Assembly: GCF_020745735.1 (NCBI RefSeq)
Contig: NC_083435.1
Span: 19,281,231-19,345,230 of the forward strand
Length of the DNA: 64,000 bases
Source: Hemiscyllium ocellatum
Taxonomy: Eukaryota
Direction: 5' to 3'
This document shows positions 50,655 through 63,569 of the stretch, piece by piece. Within the stretch, counting starts at the first letter, position 1; every line of letters starts with the position of its first letter. The notes under the pieces were generated by a model. That model was not told the origin of the DNA and made no database searches. It was given only the letters and a program-made list of their open reading frames with translations. The translations under genes and the position numbers were made by a program.

Positions 50655-50975
50655 GTGTTAGATTCGATTCTCTACAGTGTGGAAACAGGCCCTTCGGCCC
50701 AACAAGTCCACACCAATCCTCCGAAGAGTAGCCCATCCAGACCTATTTTCCTCTGACTAATGCACCTAACACTATGGGCAATTTAGCACAGCCAATTCAC
50801 CTGACCCTCACATCTTTGGACTGTGGGAGGAAACCGAAAACCCAGAGGACACCAATGCAGACACAGGGAGAACATGCAAGCTCCACACAGTTAGTCACCC
50901 ATGGCTGGAATCGCACCTAGGTCCCTGGTGCTGTGAGGCAGCAGTGCTAACCACTGAGCCACCATGCCACCCATT
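50655..50975 (-). mobile_element. HE1-type SINE
   Basis: TGGCTCAGTGG A-box, core, CR1-like tail. Confidence 0.9.
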
Positions 50976-51074
50976 GTGAGCTTGTGTAATTGGCTATTGT
51001 GATTCCTACATTATAACAGTGACTATGCAGCTGATGTACTTAAATAATTTTAGACATTTCTGAAGTCATCAAAC

Positions 51075-51945
51075 ATTGTATAATTATAAATTACGACGTG
51101 ATCTTGATCAATTAAGCCAATGGGCTGAGGGGCAGCAGATAGAGTTTAATTTGGATAAATGCAAGGTTTTGCATTTTGGTAAAAGAGACAAGAGCAGAAC
51201 TTATAGAGATAATGGTAGGGCCCTGGATAGTGTCGTAAAACAGAGAGACCTAGGGGTTCAGATATATAACTCCTTGACAGTTACATTGCAGGTAGACAGA
51301 GTGGCGAAGGTGGCATTTAGCACGCTTGCTTTCATTGCTCAGACCTTCAGGAGTAGGAGTTGAGATGTCATGGTGACGTTGTACAGGATGTTGTTGAGGA
51401 CTCCTCTGTAGTACTGTGTGCAGTTCCAGTCGCCCTGCTATAGGGAGGACAGTTAAATTGGCAAGGCTTCAGGAAAGATTTACCCAGATGTTACTGGGAC
51501 TGGAGGTTTTGAATTATAAGGAGAGGCTGGATAAATTGGGAGTTTTTCACTGGAGTGAAGGGTGACCTTATAGAGGTTTATCAAATCATGAGGAGCATGG
51601 ATAAGGTGAATGGCCAAGGGTCTTTACCCCAAGGTGGAGAAGTTCAAAACTAGGGGGCATAACTTTAAAATAAGAGGAGAAAAATTTAAAAGGGACCTGA
51701 AGGGGCAACATGTTCAGACAGAGAGTGGTTCCTATGTGGAATAATCTGGCCTGGCAAAGGAGGTGATTGATGCAGGTGCAGTTACAACATGAAAAAGGCA
51801 TTTAGCTAGGTACCTGATTAGGAAAGGTGGAGACGGATGTGGGCCAAATAGAGGCAAGTGGGGCTAGCTTAGTTTTGGGAAACTTGGTTTGGCATGGATG
51901 AGTTAGACCAGAGGGTCTGTTTCAGTCCTATATGACTCTATAACT
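51075..51945 (+). mobile_element. CR1 3' fragment, decayed
   Basis: NLDKCKVLHFG etc. Confidence 0.88.
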
Positions 51946-52012
51946 CCAAGAAGATTAATTCATATGACTCTTGACTGAGGCCACAAGATTATTCCTTTCT
52001 GTGCATGTTCAG

Positions 52013-52071
52013 GTCTGGTTGGATACAATGGCTGAACTTGCTGAATTCTTTTTCAAGTTGACGAAGCCATG
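52013..52071 (+). other. Candidate exon (either VWLDTMAELAEFFFKLTKP phase 0-2, or a 5'UTR exon ending GCC ATG)
   Basis: Acceptor TTCCTTTCTGTGCATGTTCAG|, donor ATG|GTGAGA. Confidence 0.27.
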
Positions 52072-52739
52072 GTGAGATTAGGTTTGTGCTCTCTTTTCCA
52101 GTGGATACGATGTTTTTCTGGGTTGGTGATTGAAATAAGAGACGAATTTAGCTGAACCTGGAAGCTGGCTGTGGTGTTACCACCTAGTTTATGAACAGAC
52201 TGAGGCCAACATCAAACTTGTTTCTGATCTGCCTGAAGCAAGAGTTCGGAAATGTACAATTGAACTATAAGAGTAATGTTTATGTGATGAGGCTCCTGGA
52301 TAAATCAGCTTCAATGTAACTAGGCCGCTCCTATGTAACAAAAGGTTTCTATTTTTCTGGCCAGGAGTCGAGTAAGCAATGTCGGAGACAAATGGAAGTA
52401 TAGGTGCCTCCACAGCATAATGAGATCATACTTCCATGCCTCCAGTCAAAATCCATTGTCTTATTATATGAGATGAGTAGTGAGCTGCACTTTATGCGTA
52501 ATGAGTTTCAATAGCTTCCTTGTTTTCAAAAGTAGTTGGGAGACATGTCATCTGTAGGACCTTTGTGCTTGTGGACTGCAAATTGCAAACAATGCCAATG
52601 TTTCAGGAGGTTAGTGGTTTTATATTCTGTCTTTTGCAATTAGAACATACATCGAACATAGAATGTTACGGCGCAGTACAGGCCCTTCGGCCCTCAATGT
52701 TGCGCCGACCTGCAAAATTTATCTGACCCCCACCTAACC

Positions 52740-53380
52740 TATACCATTCCATTAATGTCCATATGTATAGTCAATGCCCATTTAATTGCCCTTAATGTCT
52801 GCAAGTCTACTACTGTTGCAAGCAAGGCGTTCCATGCCCCTACTACTCTCTGAGTGAAGAAACTACCCCTAATATCTGTCCGAAATCTATCAGCCCTCAA
52901 TTTAAAACTATGTCCCCTCGTGTTAGCCCTCACCATCCGAGGAAAAAGGTTCTCATTGTCCATCCTATCTAACCGCCTGATTATCTTATCAGCCTCAATT
53001 TAATCACGCTCATGTCCGACATGTCGATTCTCCTGCTCTTTGGATGCTGCCTGACCTGCTGCGCTTTTCCAGCAACACATTTTCAGCTCTGATCTCCAAC
53101 ATCTGCAGTCCTCACTTTCTCCTCTCTCCAATGAAAACAGCCTCAGTTCCCTCAGCCTTTCCTCATAAAACCTTCTTTCCATACCAGGCAGTAAACATTC
53201 CCTGAAGTCTTTCAAAGTGTCCACATCCTTCCTATAGTGCGGTGACCAGAACTGTACACAATTCTCCAGGTGTGGCCTTACCAGTGTCTTGTACATCTGA
53301 AGCATGACCTCGTTGCTCCAAAAATCAATCCCCCTACCAATAAATGCCAACACACCATGTCCCTTCTTAACAACCCTCCT
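52740..53380 (-). mobile_element. CR1 3' fragment with a family-A arm inserted (53010-53123)
   Basis: LVRPHLENCVQFWSPHYRKD, TRGHSFKL, WNAL. Confidence 0.88.
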
Positions 53381-54199
53381 GAAATTTCCATTACTGCTGG
53401 AAATATCAGAAATGCAGCCAACTTGGCACCATGTGATCAGCAGAATGCATGTTTTCGGTCATCAAGTCAACTTGAAAATCTAGAGAAGGAAATTAGCTCT
53501 TGGGGACTCGACACTTTGCAACATGGGAGTCATTGGAAATCATGGGAAAGAATCTCCATTTGGTTGGAGTCACCAGCACAATTGAAGGTGGCTGTTCTTG
53601 TTGGCGTTCAATCAACCCATTTCAAGAGTATTGCTGCAGGAATTCCTTAGGGGAGCATCCTAGGTTCAATGATCTTCAGTTGCATCATCAGTGACCATCC
53701 TTCATCACAGCATCAGAATTGGGGCCATTCACCCATGATTGCACAATGTTCAGAACCATTTCAGAACCATTCAGTACCCTCAGATATTGAAGCAGTCACA
53801 AATGCAACAAGATCGAGACACTATCCAAGCCCGGGCTCATAAGTAACAGTCACATCACACAAGTGCTACGTAATGATCTCCAACAAGACAGAATCTAACC
53901 TTCATCCCTTGACATTCAATGTTATCGCTATCCCTGAATCCTGCCTTATTAATAGCCTGGAGGTTGCCAGCGATCAGAAAATGAATTGGATTAGCCATGT
54001 AAATACAATGGCTACAGGTCAAGGTCTAGAAATGTTTGATGGATTGTCTACTTCCCAGTTTCATAATGCCAAACAATGCACAAGTCAGGCGTGTAGTGGA
54101 ATACTCTCCACTTATCTCAATATTTGTAGCTCCAACAATACAGGAGAAGCTTGATACTACCCTGGACAAATCATGAAGCTTGCTTGGCACCCCACTGGG

Positions 54200-57110
54200 C
54201 CACCCCAGTATTCACTGTGTCCATCCTAATGCTCTTCGAGAGAGTTTAAACTAATTCAGCAGGGGGATGGGAACCTAAACTGTAGTTCCAGTACACAGGA
54301 GGTTGAGAGTATTGAGGTCAGAAACAAGATTTCAAGGTTGCAAGAGGGCAGCGACAAGCAAGAAGTTGGTTTGAAGTGTGTTGACTTCGACGCCAGGAGC
54401 ATCTGGAATAAGGTGGGTGCACTTGCAGCATGAGTTGGTACCTGGGATTTTGATGTTGTGGCCATTTCAGAGACATGGATAGAGCAGGGATAGGAATGGT
54501 TATTGCAGGTTCCAGGATTTAGATGTTTCGGTAACAACAGAGAAGATGATAAAAGGTGGGGGTGGGCCTTGTGAATCAAGGACCGTATTACAGTGGAACA
54601 AAGGACATTTGAGGATTCGTCTCCTGAGGTAGTCTGGGCTGAGGTTAGAAACAAGAAAGGAGACATCACCCTGTTGAAAATTTTCTATCGGCCTCTGAAT
54701 TGTTCCAGAGATGTAGAGGGGAGGATAGCAAAGATGCTTCTTGATAGGAGCGAGAGTGACAGGTTAGTTGTTATGGGGGTCTTTAACTTTCCAAATATTG
54801 ACTGGGAATGCTATAGTTCAAGTACTTTAGACAGGTCAGTTTTTGTCCAATGTGTGCAGGAGAGTTTTCTGACACAGTATGTAGACAGGCTAACAAGGGG
54901 CGAGGCCACCTTAGATTTGGTATTGGATAATGAACCCGGCCAGGTGTTAGATTTGGTGATAGGTGAGCACTTTGATGATAGTGACCACAATTCAGTTATG
55001 TTTACTTTAGCAATGGAAAGGGATAAGTAAATACCTCAGGGCAAGATTAAAGCTGAGGGGAAGGCAATTATGATACGATTAGGCAAGATTTAGGATGTAT
55101 AGGATAGGGTAGAAACTGCGGGATGGGCACAATTGAAATGTGGAGCTTTTCCAAGCAATAGCTTTGGCCTGTCCTTGATGAGTATGTACCCGTCAGGCAG
55201 GGAGGAGGTTGTCAGGTGAGGAAGCCCTGGTTTACTGAAGAAGTTGAAGCTCTTGTCAAGAGGAAGAAGAAGGCTTATCTTAGGACGAGACGTGAATGCT
55301 CAGTTAGGGGGCTTGAGAGTTACAAGTTAGCCAGGAAAGACTGAAAGAAAGAGCTAAGAAGAGCCAGGAGGAGACATGAAAAGTTATTGGCAGATAGCAT
55401 CGAGGAAAACCCTAAGGTTTTCTATAGATATATCATGAATAAAAAGATGACTAGAGTAAGATTAGGGCCAATCAAGGAATACAGTGGGAAGTTGTGCATG
55501 GAGTCAGAGGAGAAAGGCCAACAGCTAAATGAATATCTTTTGTCAGTATTCACATTGGAAAAAGACAATGTTGTCGAGGAGAATACTGAGATACAGGTTA
55601 CTAGGCTAGATGGGATTGAGGTTCACAAGGAGGAGGTGTTAGCAATTCTGGAAAGTGTGAAAATAGATAACTTCCCTGGGTTGGCTGGGATTTATCCTAG
55701 GATTCTCTGGGAAGCCAGGGAGGAGATTGCAGAGCCTTCGGCTCTGATCTTTAAGCCCTCATTGTCTACACGAATAGTTCCAGAAGACTGAAAGATAGCA
55801 AATGTTGTCCCTTTGATCAAGAAGGGGAGTAGGGACAATCCTGGTAATTGTAGAGCAGTGAGCCTTACTTCAGATGTGGGCTAAGTGTTGGGAAAGGTAA
55901 TAAGAGATAGGATTTATAATCATCTAGAAAGATTAGGGATAGTCAACATGGTTTTATGAAGGGGAGGTCGTAGCTCACAAACCTTATTGAATACTTTGAG
56001 AAGATGACTAAACAGCTGGATGAGGATAAAGTGGTTGATGTGGTGTATCTGGATTTCAGTAAGGCGTTTGATAATGTCCTCACGGTAGGCTTTTGCACAA
56101 AATATGGAGGTATGGGATTGAGGGTGATTTAACGGTTGGATCAGAAATTGGCTAGCTGAAAGAAGACAGAAGGTGGTGGTGGATGGGAAATGTTCATCCT
56201 GGAGTTCAGTTATGAGTGATATTACTGCAAGGATCTGTTTTGGGGCCACTGATGTTTGTAATTTTTATAAATGCCTTGGTTGAGGGCTTAGAAGGATAGG
56301 TTAGTAAATTTGTGGATGACATTAAGTTGTGGACAGTGCCGAAAGATGTTGTAGGTTACAGAAGGACATAGATAAGCTGCAGAGCTGGGCTGAGAAGTGG
56401 TAAATGGAGTTTAATGCAGAAAAGTGTGAGATGTTTCACTTTGGAAGGAGCAACAGGAATGAAGGGTACTGGGCTAATAGTAAGATTCTTGGTAGAGTAG
56501 ATGGACAGAGAGATCTCGGTGTCCGTGCACATAGATCCCTGAAAGTTGCCAACAGGTTGTTAGGGTCGTCAAGAAGGCATACAGTAAGTTAACTTTTCTT
56601 AGTTGAGGGATTGAGTTTCAGAGCCATGAGGCCATGCTGCAGCTGTACAAAACATTGATTCAGCCACACTTGGAGTATTGCGTGCAGTTCTGGTCACTGC
56701 ATAATAGAAAGGATGTGGAAGCTTTGGAAAGGGTGCAGAGGAGATTCACCAGGACGTTGCCTGGTATGGAGCGAAGGTCTTATGAGGAAAGGTTGAGGGA
56801 CTTCACTCTACCTTCATTCGAGAGAAGAAGGTTGAGAAATTACTTAATTGAGGCATGTCAGAGAATCAGAGGTTTAGGTAGGATGGACAATGAGAGCCAT
56901 TTTCCTCAGACAGTGATGGCTAGCACGAGGGGACATAGCTTTAAGTTGAGGGGTGATAGATATAGGACAGATGTCAGAGGTAGGCTCTTTCCTCAGAGAG
57001 GAGTAGAGGTATGGAACGGCCTGCCTGCAACAGTGGTAGTCTTGCCAACTTTAGGGGCATTTAAATGGCCATTGGGTAGACATATGGATGAAAATGGAAT
57101 TGTGTAGGTT
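54200..57110 (+). mobile_element. Long decayed CR1 ORF2 (endonuclease + RT)
   Basis: VAISETW, YRP, G.FNFPNIDW, SDHNSV, RT and C-terminal motifs; many stops. Confidence 0.93.
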
Positions 57111-57925
57111 AGATGGGCTTCGGATTCTTTTCACAGATCAGCACAACATTGAGGGCCGAAGGGCCTGTACTGCACTGTAATGTTCTATACTATGGGCAAT
57201 TTCCCATGGCCAATCCACCTAAACTGCACGTCTTTGGGATATGGGAGAAACCTCACGCAGACACGAGGAGAATGTGCAAACTCCACACAGAAGGTTTGGA
57301 GTTCACCTTCCACCTTTGCCTGAAGGTGGAATTGACCCGGGTCCCTGGTACCGTGAGGCAGTAGTGCTAACTACTGAGCCACCACTTCAGTTTAGCTGCT
57401 TCCACCCAGACAGAACGTAACGCTCATAGAACCCCTGTCAAAAACACGACATACCCCGATTTATGTCTGTGAGCTCTCATTCAATGTCAATATGCCTCTG
57501 AACTGGATTAGATGGGATCTCCTGGCTGTACTAAGGTGGTGGAGTGTTAGTGTCCCTACTGCTGAGTCAGGAGGTCCACTGTGGGTGGTCCAGGAGGTCC
57601 ATTGTGGGTGGCTCAGTAGTTAGCAATGTTACCTCGCAGCGGCTGGGACCCGAGTTCGATTCCAGCCTCGAGTAACTGTTTGTGTGGAGGCTTCACATTC
57701 TTCCCCGTGCGGGTTTCCTCCTGGTGCTCTGGTTTCCTCCCACAATCCAAAGATGTGCAGGTTAGGGTGAATTGGCCATGCTAAATTGCACATAGTGTTC
57801 AAGGCTGTGCAAGTTAGGTACATTAGTCAGTGGAAATAGAGAGTCATAGGCTAGGGGAATGGGTTTGGGTGGGTTACTCTTCAGAAGGTCAGTGTGGACT
57901 TGTTTCCACACTGTAGGGATTCTAT
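57105..57925. mobile_element. Two HE1-type SINEs (57105-57385 -, 57608-57925 +)
   Basis: A/B boxes and core. Confidence 0.85.
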
Positions 57926-58103
57926 AAATAATAGGTCTCATTTGTACTAGAGATGTGTTATAACATCTCTGAATGGGTTGATTAGAAAAATATCTATTCT
58001 GACTGTTGGACAGTACAAGGGGTAGCATTGGTAACAGGCATGTCTGTGTCCACTGTCGCAGTATTCCAAGCCAAGCAACACTGAGCCTGTTAACTCTGTC
58101 TCC

Positions 58104-58141
<38 letters not shown>

Positions 58142-58191
58142 ACGTGTCAATGTGCATTTTCCTCCTGTTCTTTCACCCCGCCCTGTGCCAG

Positions 58192-58261
58192 GACATACCG
58201 CACAGCCTTGGGCATGACAAAAGGAAAATCGCTGAAAACCAAAAGGAAATGGCTTCCTCAT
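58192..58261 (+). CDS. Candidate 70-nt exon (two frames open)
   Basis: Long pyrimidine tract ending TGTGCCAG|, donor CAT|GTAAGC. Confidence 0.3.
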
Positions 58262-59665
58262 GTAAGCAGGCCCTTACATAAAGAATAAATAGGGCATCCG
58301 ATGTGCTGGTGATGCATTTCATAAGTTGTTGCCATGATTGCATTTTCATTCATCCACCACAAGCTGTGAAATAGAAAGTACATTTCAAGGCAGTTGCTGA
58401 TGTTGTTGAAAATGCACCTCGACATTCTTGAATCGAGGTGGGAGTTTTGGAGCATGTCCGGTTCAGGCTGCTCTGGGAAATGAAGCCAACTGCTCCCTGG
58501 CATTGTTAATGCAAGCTCCATCTTGCCTTTGAGACCCTGCACAGAATGCTGACAGCATAGCACCCACCCACCACCCGCAATACCTCCCCCTACAACCCCG
58601 CATGAACTTTTACTGAAACCTAACCACAGGTAGAACAGGCGAGCTCACTTGTGAAACGTCTATAATGTTGGTTAACGATTGTGCTGAAATGTGAGGCAAC
58701 ACGTGCTGTTAGACCCTTCGAAAATAACACATCAACAGTTACTGTGGAGGTGCATAGTGTGAAGGTACAAACGACTGTTTCTCTACCTTTTGCAAGACAG
58801 GCTGAGCTGTGTATGTGTGCACCGATTCTCCACTGATGCCTCTTGTATCCATACAAGCACAATATCCCACCTTATTTTGCCCCAAAATACTGAAAAGCAT
58901 GTCCATGTGGCGGCCATTGCAAACATAACTATATCCCATGCAAACACTGTGCTTCATGTAAGTGTTATATACCACACATGAGCTACACTTTATTCATTTC
59001 ACCTTTCATTGCACCCCATTGAGATTCTCACTCCCCAAACACTTTATGAGCGTAACATTTAACACAAATCAATAATAAAATACTGTGACTACCACATTCA
59101 CAGGTCTTGCAACATCCATAGACAGAGACAGAGTGAGAGAGAGATAGAGAGAGAGCGAGAGATAGAGAGAGAGAGAGCTAAACAGAGTCAGATTTTCTGA
59201 TAGACAGACAGTCTTTATTCCAGTGTATAGGGGAGGTCCCCATTGCAGTACACTCCAAAAGAATTGCCTGCAATGTTAAATGTTCCACTGGGCAATTCTC
59301 ATTCGCAATTCTCGTGAGAATATCCAGGCCAAAGTTTCAGCTCAATGACATTTTATCCGAACTGGAAGAAATCAGCGACGAGAAAAGGCAGTGGCATGGA
59401 AGGGGAGGGAGGGGAGGAAAGGGAAGGAAATAGCTGGAGGCAGGGTAGATTCATTGATGGAAGTGAGAATGATGCAGGACGAAGGAGGTGGTAATGAGAC
59501 AATTAAAGAGGTCAAAGGTGAACTGGGAGAGGAATGGTTGGCAGCATCCGGACTAGCAGCTGCCATTGAAACAGCTAGAAGCAGTGGCTATGATCTGAAA
59601 CTGGTGAGGAGTTTGGAAAGCCTTGTTTGTTATTCTCATTCAATAGGCATATGGACGAGAATGGA

Positions 59666-59981
59666 ATTAGATTCGATTACTTACAGTGTGGAAACAGGCC
59701 TTTCGGCCCAACAAGTCCACACCGACCCGCTGAAGCGCAACCCACCCAGACCCATTCCCCTACATTTACCCTTCACCTAACACTACGGGCAATATAGCAT
59801 GGCCAATTCACCCTGACCCGCACATCTTTGGACTGTGGGAGGAAACCGGAGCACCCGGAGGAAACCCACGCAGACACGGCGAGAATGTGCAAACTCCACA
59901 CAGACAGTCGCCTGAGGCGGGAATTGAACGCGGGTCTCTGGCGCTGTGAGGCAGCAGTGCTAACCACCGTGCCACCGTGCT
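59666..59981 (-). mobile_element. Near-consensus full-length HE1-type tRNA-SINE
   Basis: A-box TGGCACGGTGG (59964-59974), B-box GTTCAATTCC (59920-59929), CpG-rich core, GTAATC-type tail. Confidence 0.93.
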
Positions 59982-60484
59982 GTCCACAAATAGTGTAGGT
60001 TGAATGCGATTCAAATTGATTCCACAGCGCGGCGCAATATCGAGGGCTGAAGGGCCTGTACTGTGCTGTAATGTCCTATGTTTTACGTTCTAAATCCTCT
60101 GAGATAATATTGGGCCTCAGTGGAACAGTGTAGAGTGAGGGCAGAGAAATCAGAATAGGCCAGGAGAAAACTGACCCTTGTTCGGGGGTGAAAGGAAATT
60201 TCACCCCCAAGGGGTGAAAGGGGGCTAATAAATGGAGTTGTTAAATGGAGTACATTTGATATACAGTTACGTCAGTTACATAGTCAGAAATTGCTGGGAA
60301 ACTCTCTGCATGTTTAGCAGTATCCGTACAGGGAAAAAGCAGAGTCAATGTTTTGGGTCCCGTGACCCTTCTTCCGAAGGTCGTGTGTAAAATGCCTACA
60401 TGGTGAGGGATATCGACAAAGTTGAAGCAATACAAAGGCAAATTGCACGGATCAGTTCAAGAGATACACTAATGCCACATCCTT

Positions 60485-61240
60485 AATGGATAATGGTAAG
60501 GTCCTAGGGAGTGTTGCTGAACAAAGAGACCTTGGAGTGCAGGTTCATAGCTCCTTGAAAGTGGAGTCGCAGGGAGATAGGATAGTGAAGAAGGCGTTTG
60601 GTATGCTTTCCTTTATTGGTCAGAGTATTGAGTACAGGAGTTGGGAGGTCATGTTGCAGCTGTACAGGACATTGGTTAGGCTACTTTTGGAATATTGTGT
60701 GCAATTCTGGTCTCCTTCCTATCGGAAAGATATTGTGAAACTTGAAAGAGTTCAGAAAAGATTTACAAGGATGTTGCCAGGGTTGGAGGATTTGAGCTAT
60801 AGGTAGAGATTGAATAGGCTGGGATTGTTTTCCCTAGAGCGTCGGAGGTTGAGGGGTGAACTTATAGAGATTTATAAAATCATGACGGGCATGGATGGGA
60901 TAAATAAACAAAGTCATTTCCCTGGCATGGAGGAGTCTAGAACTAGAGGCCATAGGTTTAGGGTGAGAGGGGAAAGATATAAGAGAGACTTAAGAGGCAA
61001 CTTTTTCATGCAGAGGGTGGTGCGTGTATGGAATGAGCTGCCAGAGGATGTGGTGGAGGCTGGTACAATTGTAGCATTTAAAAGGCATTTGGATGGGTAT
61101 ATGAATAGGAAGGGTTTGGAGGGATATGGGCCAGGTGCTGGTAGGTGGGATTGGATTGGGTTGGGATATCTGGTTGGCATGGACGGGTTGGACCGAAGGG
61201 TCTACTTCCATGCTGTACATCTCTATACCTCTATGACTGT
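60485..61240 (+). mobile_element. Young CR1 3' fragment
   Basis: ORFs 60486-60806 and 60810-61355 separated by one stop. Confidence 0.95.
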
Positions 61241-61569
61241 AATAATAGGACTTATTGCAGCAAAGAAAATTAAACTGACCATGTTCGATAAAATACAGAA
61301 TGGACTGATGGGAATTGACAGATGCAAATCCCTTGTGCTGTCTGGCAATCACTAAATTCAAGACCATAAGAAATAGAAACAGAGGTGGGCCATCCAACAC
61401 CTCCCACCCTGCTCCACCATTCAGTAGGATCACGGCTGTTTCATCATTTCTCACAGCCACTTTCTTGCCCTTTCCCCATAACCCTTGATTCCCTGACTGA
61501 TCAAGAGTCTATCTATCTCAGCCTTAAACATACACAAGGGGTCTACCCCTACAGCTCTCCGTTCGAGAC

Positions 61570-61760
61570 AAAATAAAACTGCAGATGCTGGAATCCAAGG
61601 TAGACAAGAAGGAGATTGGGAGAACGCAGCAAGCCAGGCAGGCAGCAGGAGGTGGGGAAGTCAATGTTTCCTGAAGAAGGGTTAAGCTGAAACGTTGACT
61701 TCTCCATCTCCTGATGCTGCCTGGCTTGTTATGTTCTCCTCTCCTCCTGCCTGTCTACCC
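61570..61760 (+). mobile_element. Fold-back hammerhead-like element, distinct family (D), inside a CR1 remnant
   Basis: CTGAAGAAGGGTTAAGCTGAAACGTTGAC at 61671-61699, between inverted arms. Confidence 0.65.
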
Positions 61761-61974
61761 ATAGCTCTCTGTGGCAATGAGTTCCAATCTCTCACAACCC
61801 TCTGACAGAAGCAATTCCTCAGTCTTAAATTCGTGTGCCTTTACTGTGAAATGTTGCCTTCTTGTCCTAGCCTCTTCCATGGGGTGAAATACTCTCTCCA
61901 CATTTACCCTGTCAAGACCCTTAACAATCCTGTATGTTTCAATGAGATTCCACCTCATTCTTCTAAACGTCAGT

Positions 61975-62325
61975 CAGTATAGAATCCCTAGAGTGTGGAA
62001 GCAGACCATTCGGCCCATCAAGTCTCACCAACCCTCAAAGACCATCCCACCCCAACCTTCCCCCTATCCTATCATCCCTGCATTTCCCATGACTAACCAC
62101 CTAGTCTACACGTCTGGGGACACCATGGACAATTTAGCATCGCCAATCCACTCGAACCTACACATCTTTGGATTATGGGAGGTAACTGGAGCTCCCAGAG
62201 GAAACCCACACAGGCAAGGGGAGAATGTGCAAACTCCACACAGACAGCCCCCCCAGGCAGGAATCCAGCCTGGATCTCTGGTGCTGTGAGGCAGCAGTGC
62301 TAACCACCAAGCAACCATGCCACCC
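61975..62325 (-). mobile_element. HE1-type SINE
   Basis: Head, core and tail. Confidence 0.88.
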
Positions 62326-62639
62326 ATTATTCATCTCTTAGTGTTCGCTTTCTTGGCGCTCACTCTGAAAGTGTTGCTGTGGCTCACATTCTCTGTTAGT
62401 GCAGAGGGATAGGCAGGCACTTGTCACAGTGGGGAGCACTGAACAGTTAAGGGATGGTCATGTTATGGTAGAGCATCATGCTACATACACCAGTGGCATG
62501 CACCAATCATCTACAGGGCAGGCACAGTACATGTGTTTCAACCCAATGGCCACAACTGAAAATCAAAGTCAAGAACATCTTAGCATAATGCAGGAGCACT
62601 ACAAATAGTTAGGGAATACCATCACTGGCAGTCACTTGG

Positions 62640-63205
62640 GTAGGTCTGATTCTAGTCCAGGAGGTTTACCACTGCCAGTCAGGCACTTGGACTGAGCAGG
62701 GGGTGTCCTTGCAATCTGTGGTTCAGACCAGGGCCAGTCCTGCAGGTCCAGTGTAAACTTTCCAGGGAGCTCCAGAGACTGCCGAGGTTGACGGTTCATA
62801 TTTTTGCCGCAATGAGGTAAAGAGAGGGATTGGGGTTTGCTGGGAACAGATGGAACAGCAAACACTGATGGAGCAGCGAGGAGAAGGTGAGCAGCAAGTG
62901 AGTGGGAAGCACAGAAGGCGGGAAGTGTTAGTTGTTTGGGAGGAGGAGGTGACTGAGAGATATCGAGTGGATACATTCGAATGACTTGCAGTGCACGAGC
63001 CTTGGTGAGGTGAGGATGCAGCGGCATATTGGGAGTGCGTGGTGGACCTGTGGTTCTGAAGCAGCACAGAGAAAGTGATGGGCACGTACTCTTGCAGAAT
63101 GCAGGAGATCATGAACCTTCTCCCTGCACCACTGGACATTCTTTCTGAGCTGGGACAAGTCACTGATCCAGCCACAATGTGTCCAGGTTTGTTGGGTCTG
63201 CTAGT
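62640..63205 (-). mobile_element. Harbinger-type Myb/SANT ORF remnant
   Basis: Frameshifted IVAGSVT...RKNVQWCREKVHDLLHSAR matches trihelix/SANT helix 2-3 (VA..V...R...QCR.K..DL); followed by a donor-like AGA|GTACGT. Confidence 0.5.
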
Positions 63206-63206
63206 A

Positions 63207-63545
63207 CGGCCTACTAGAGTTAGCACTGCTGCCTCACAGCGCCAGGGGCCCAGGGTCGATCCTTCCCTTAGGCGACTGTCTGCGGCGAGTTTGCATGTTC
63301 TCCCTGTGTCTTCTGGGTGCTCGGTTTCCTCCCACCGTCCAAAGATTTGCAGGTTAGCCTGGATTGGCCATGCCAAATTGCTCATAGTGTCCAGGGGTGT
63401 GCAGGCGAGTTGGATTAATCATGGTAAGTGCAGGGTTACAGGGAAAGGGAGGATCTGGACGGGATGCCCTTCAGAAGGTCCGTGCAGACCCGCTGCGCTA
63501 AATTGTCTGTATCTGCACTTGTGAGGATTCTATGATTCTATTTCA
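63207..63545 (+). mobile_element. HE1-type SINE
   Basis: GTTAGCACTGCTGCCTCACAGCGCCAG head, core and tail. Confidence 0.9.
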
Positions 63546-63569
63546 GTGGTCAACAGGAGAAAGGACAGG

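Noticed and set aside
57568-57611. 21-bp direct repeat as a regulatory motif
   Set aside because: Local duplication at a SINE-into-SINE junction
59391-59780. 129-aa ORF
   Set aside because: Purine-rich chance frame that reads into the antisense of an HE1 SINE
59900-59981. tRNA gene
   Set aside because: The A/B boxes belong to a SINE head that continues into the HE1 core; no complete cloverleaf
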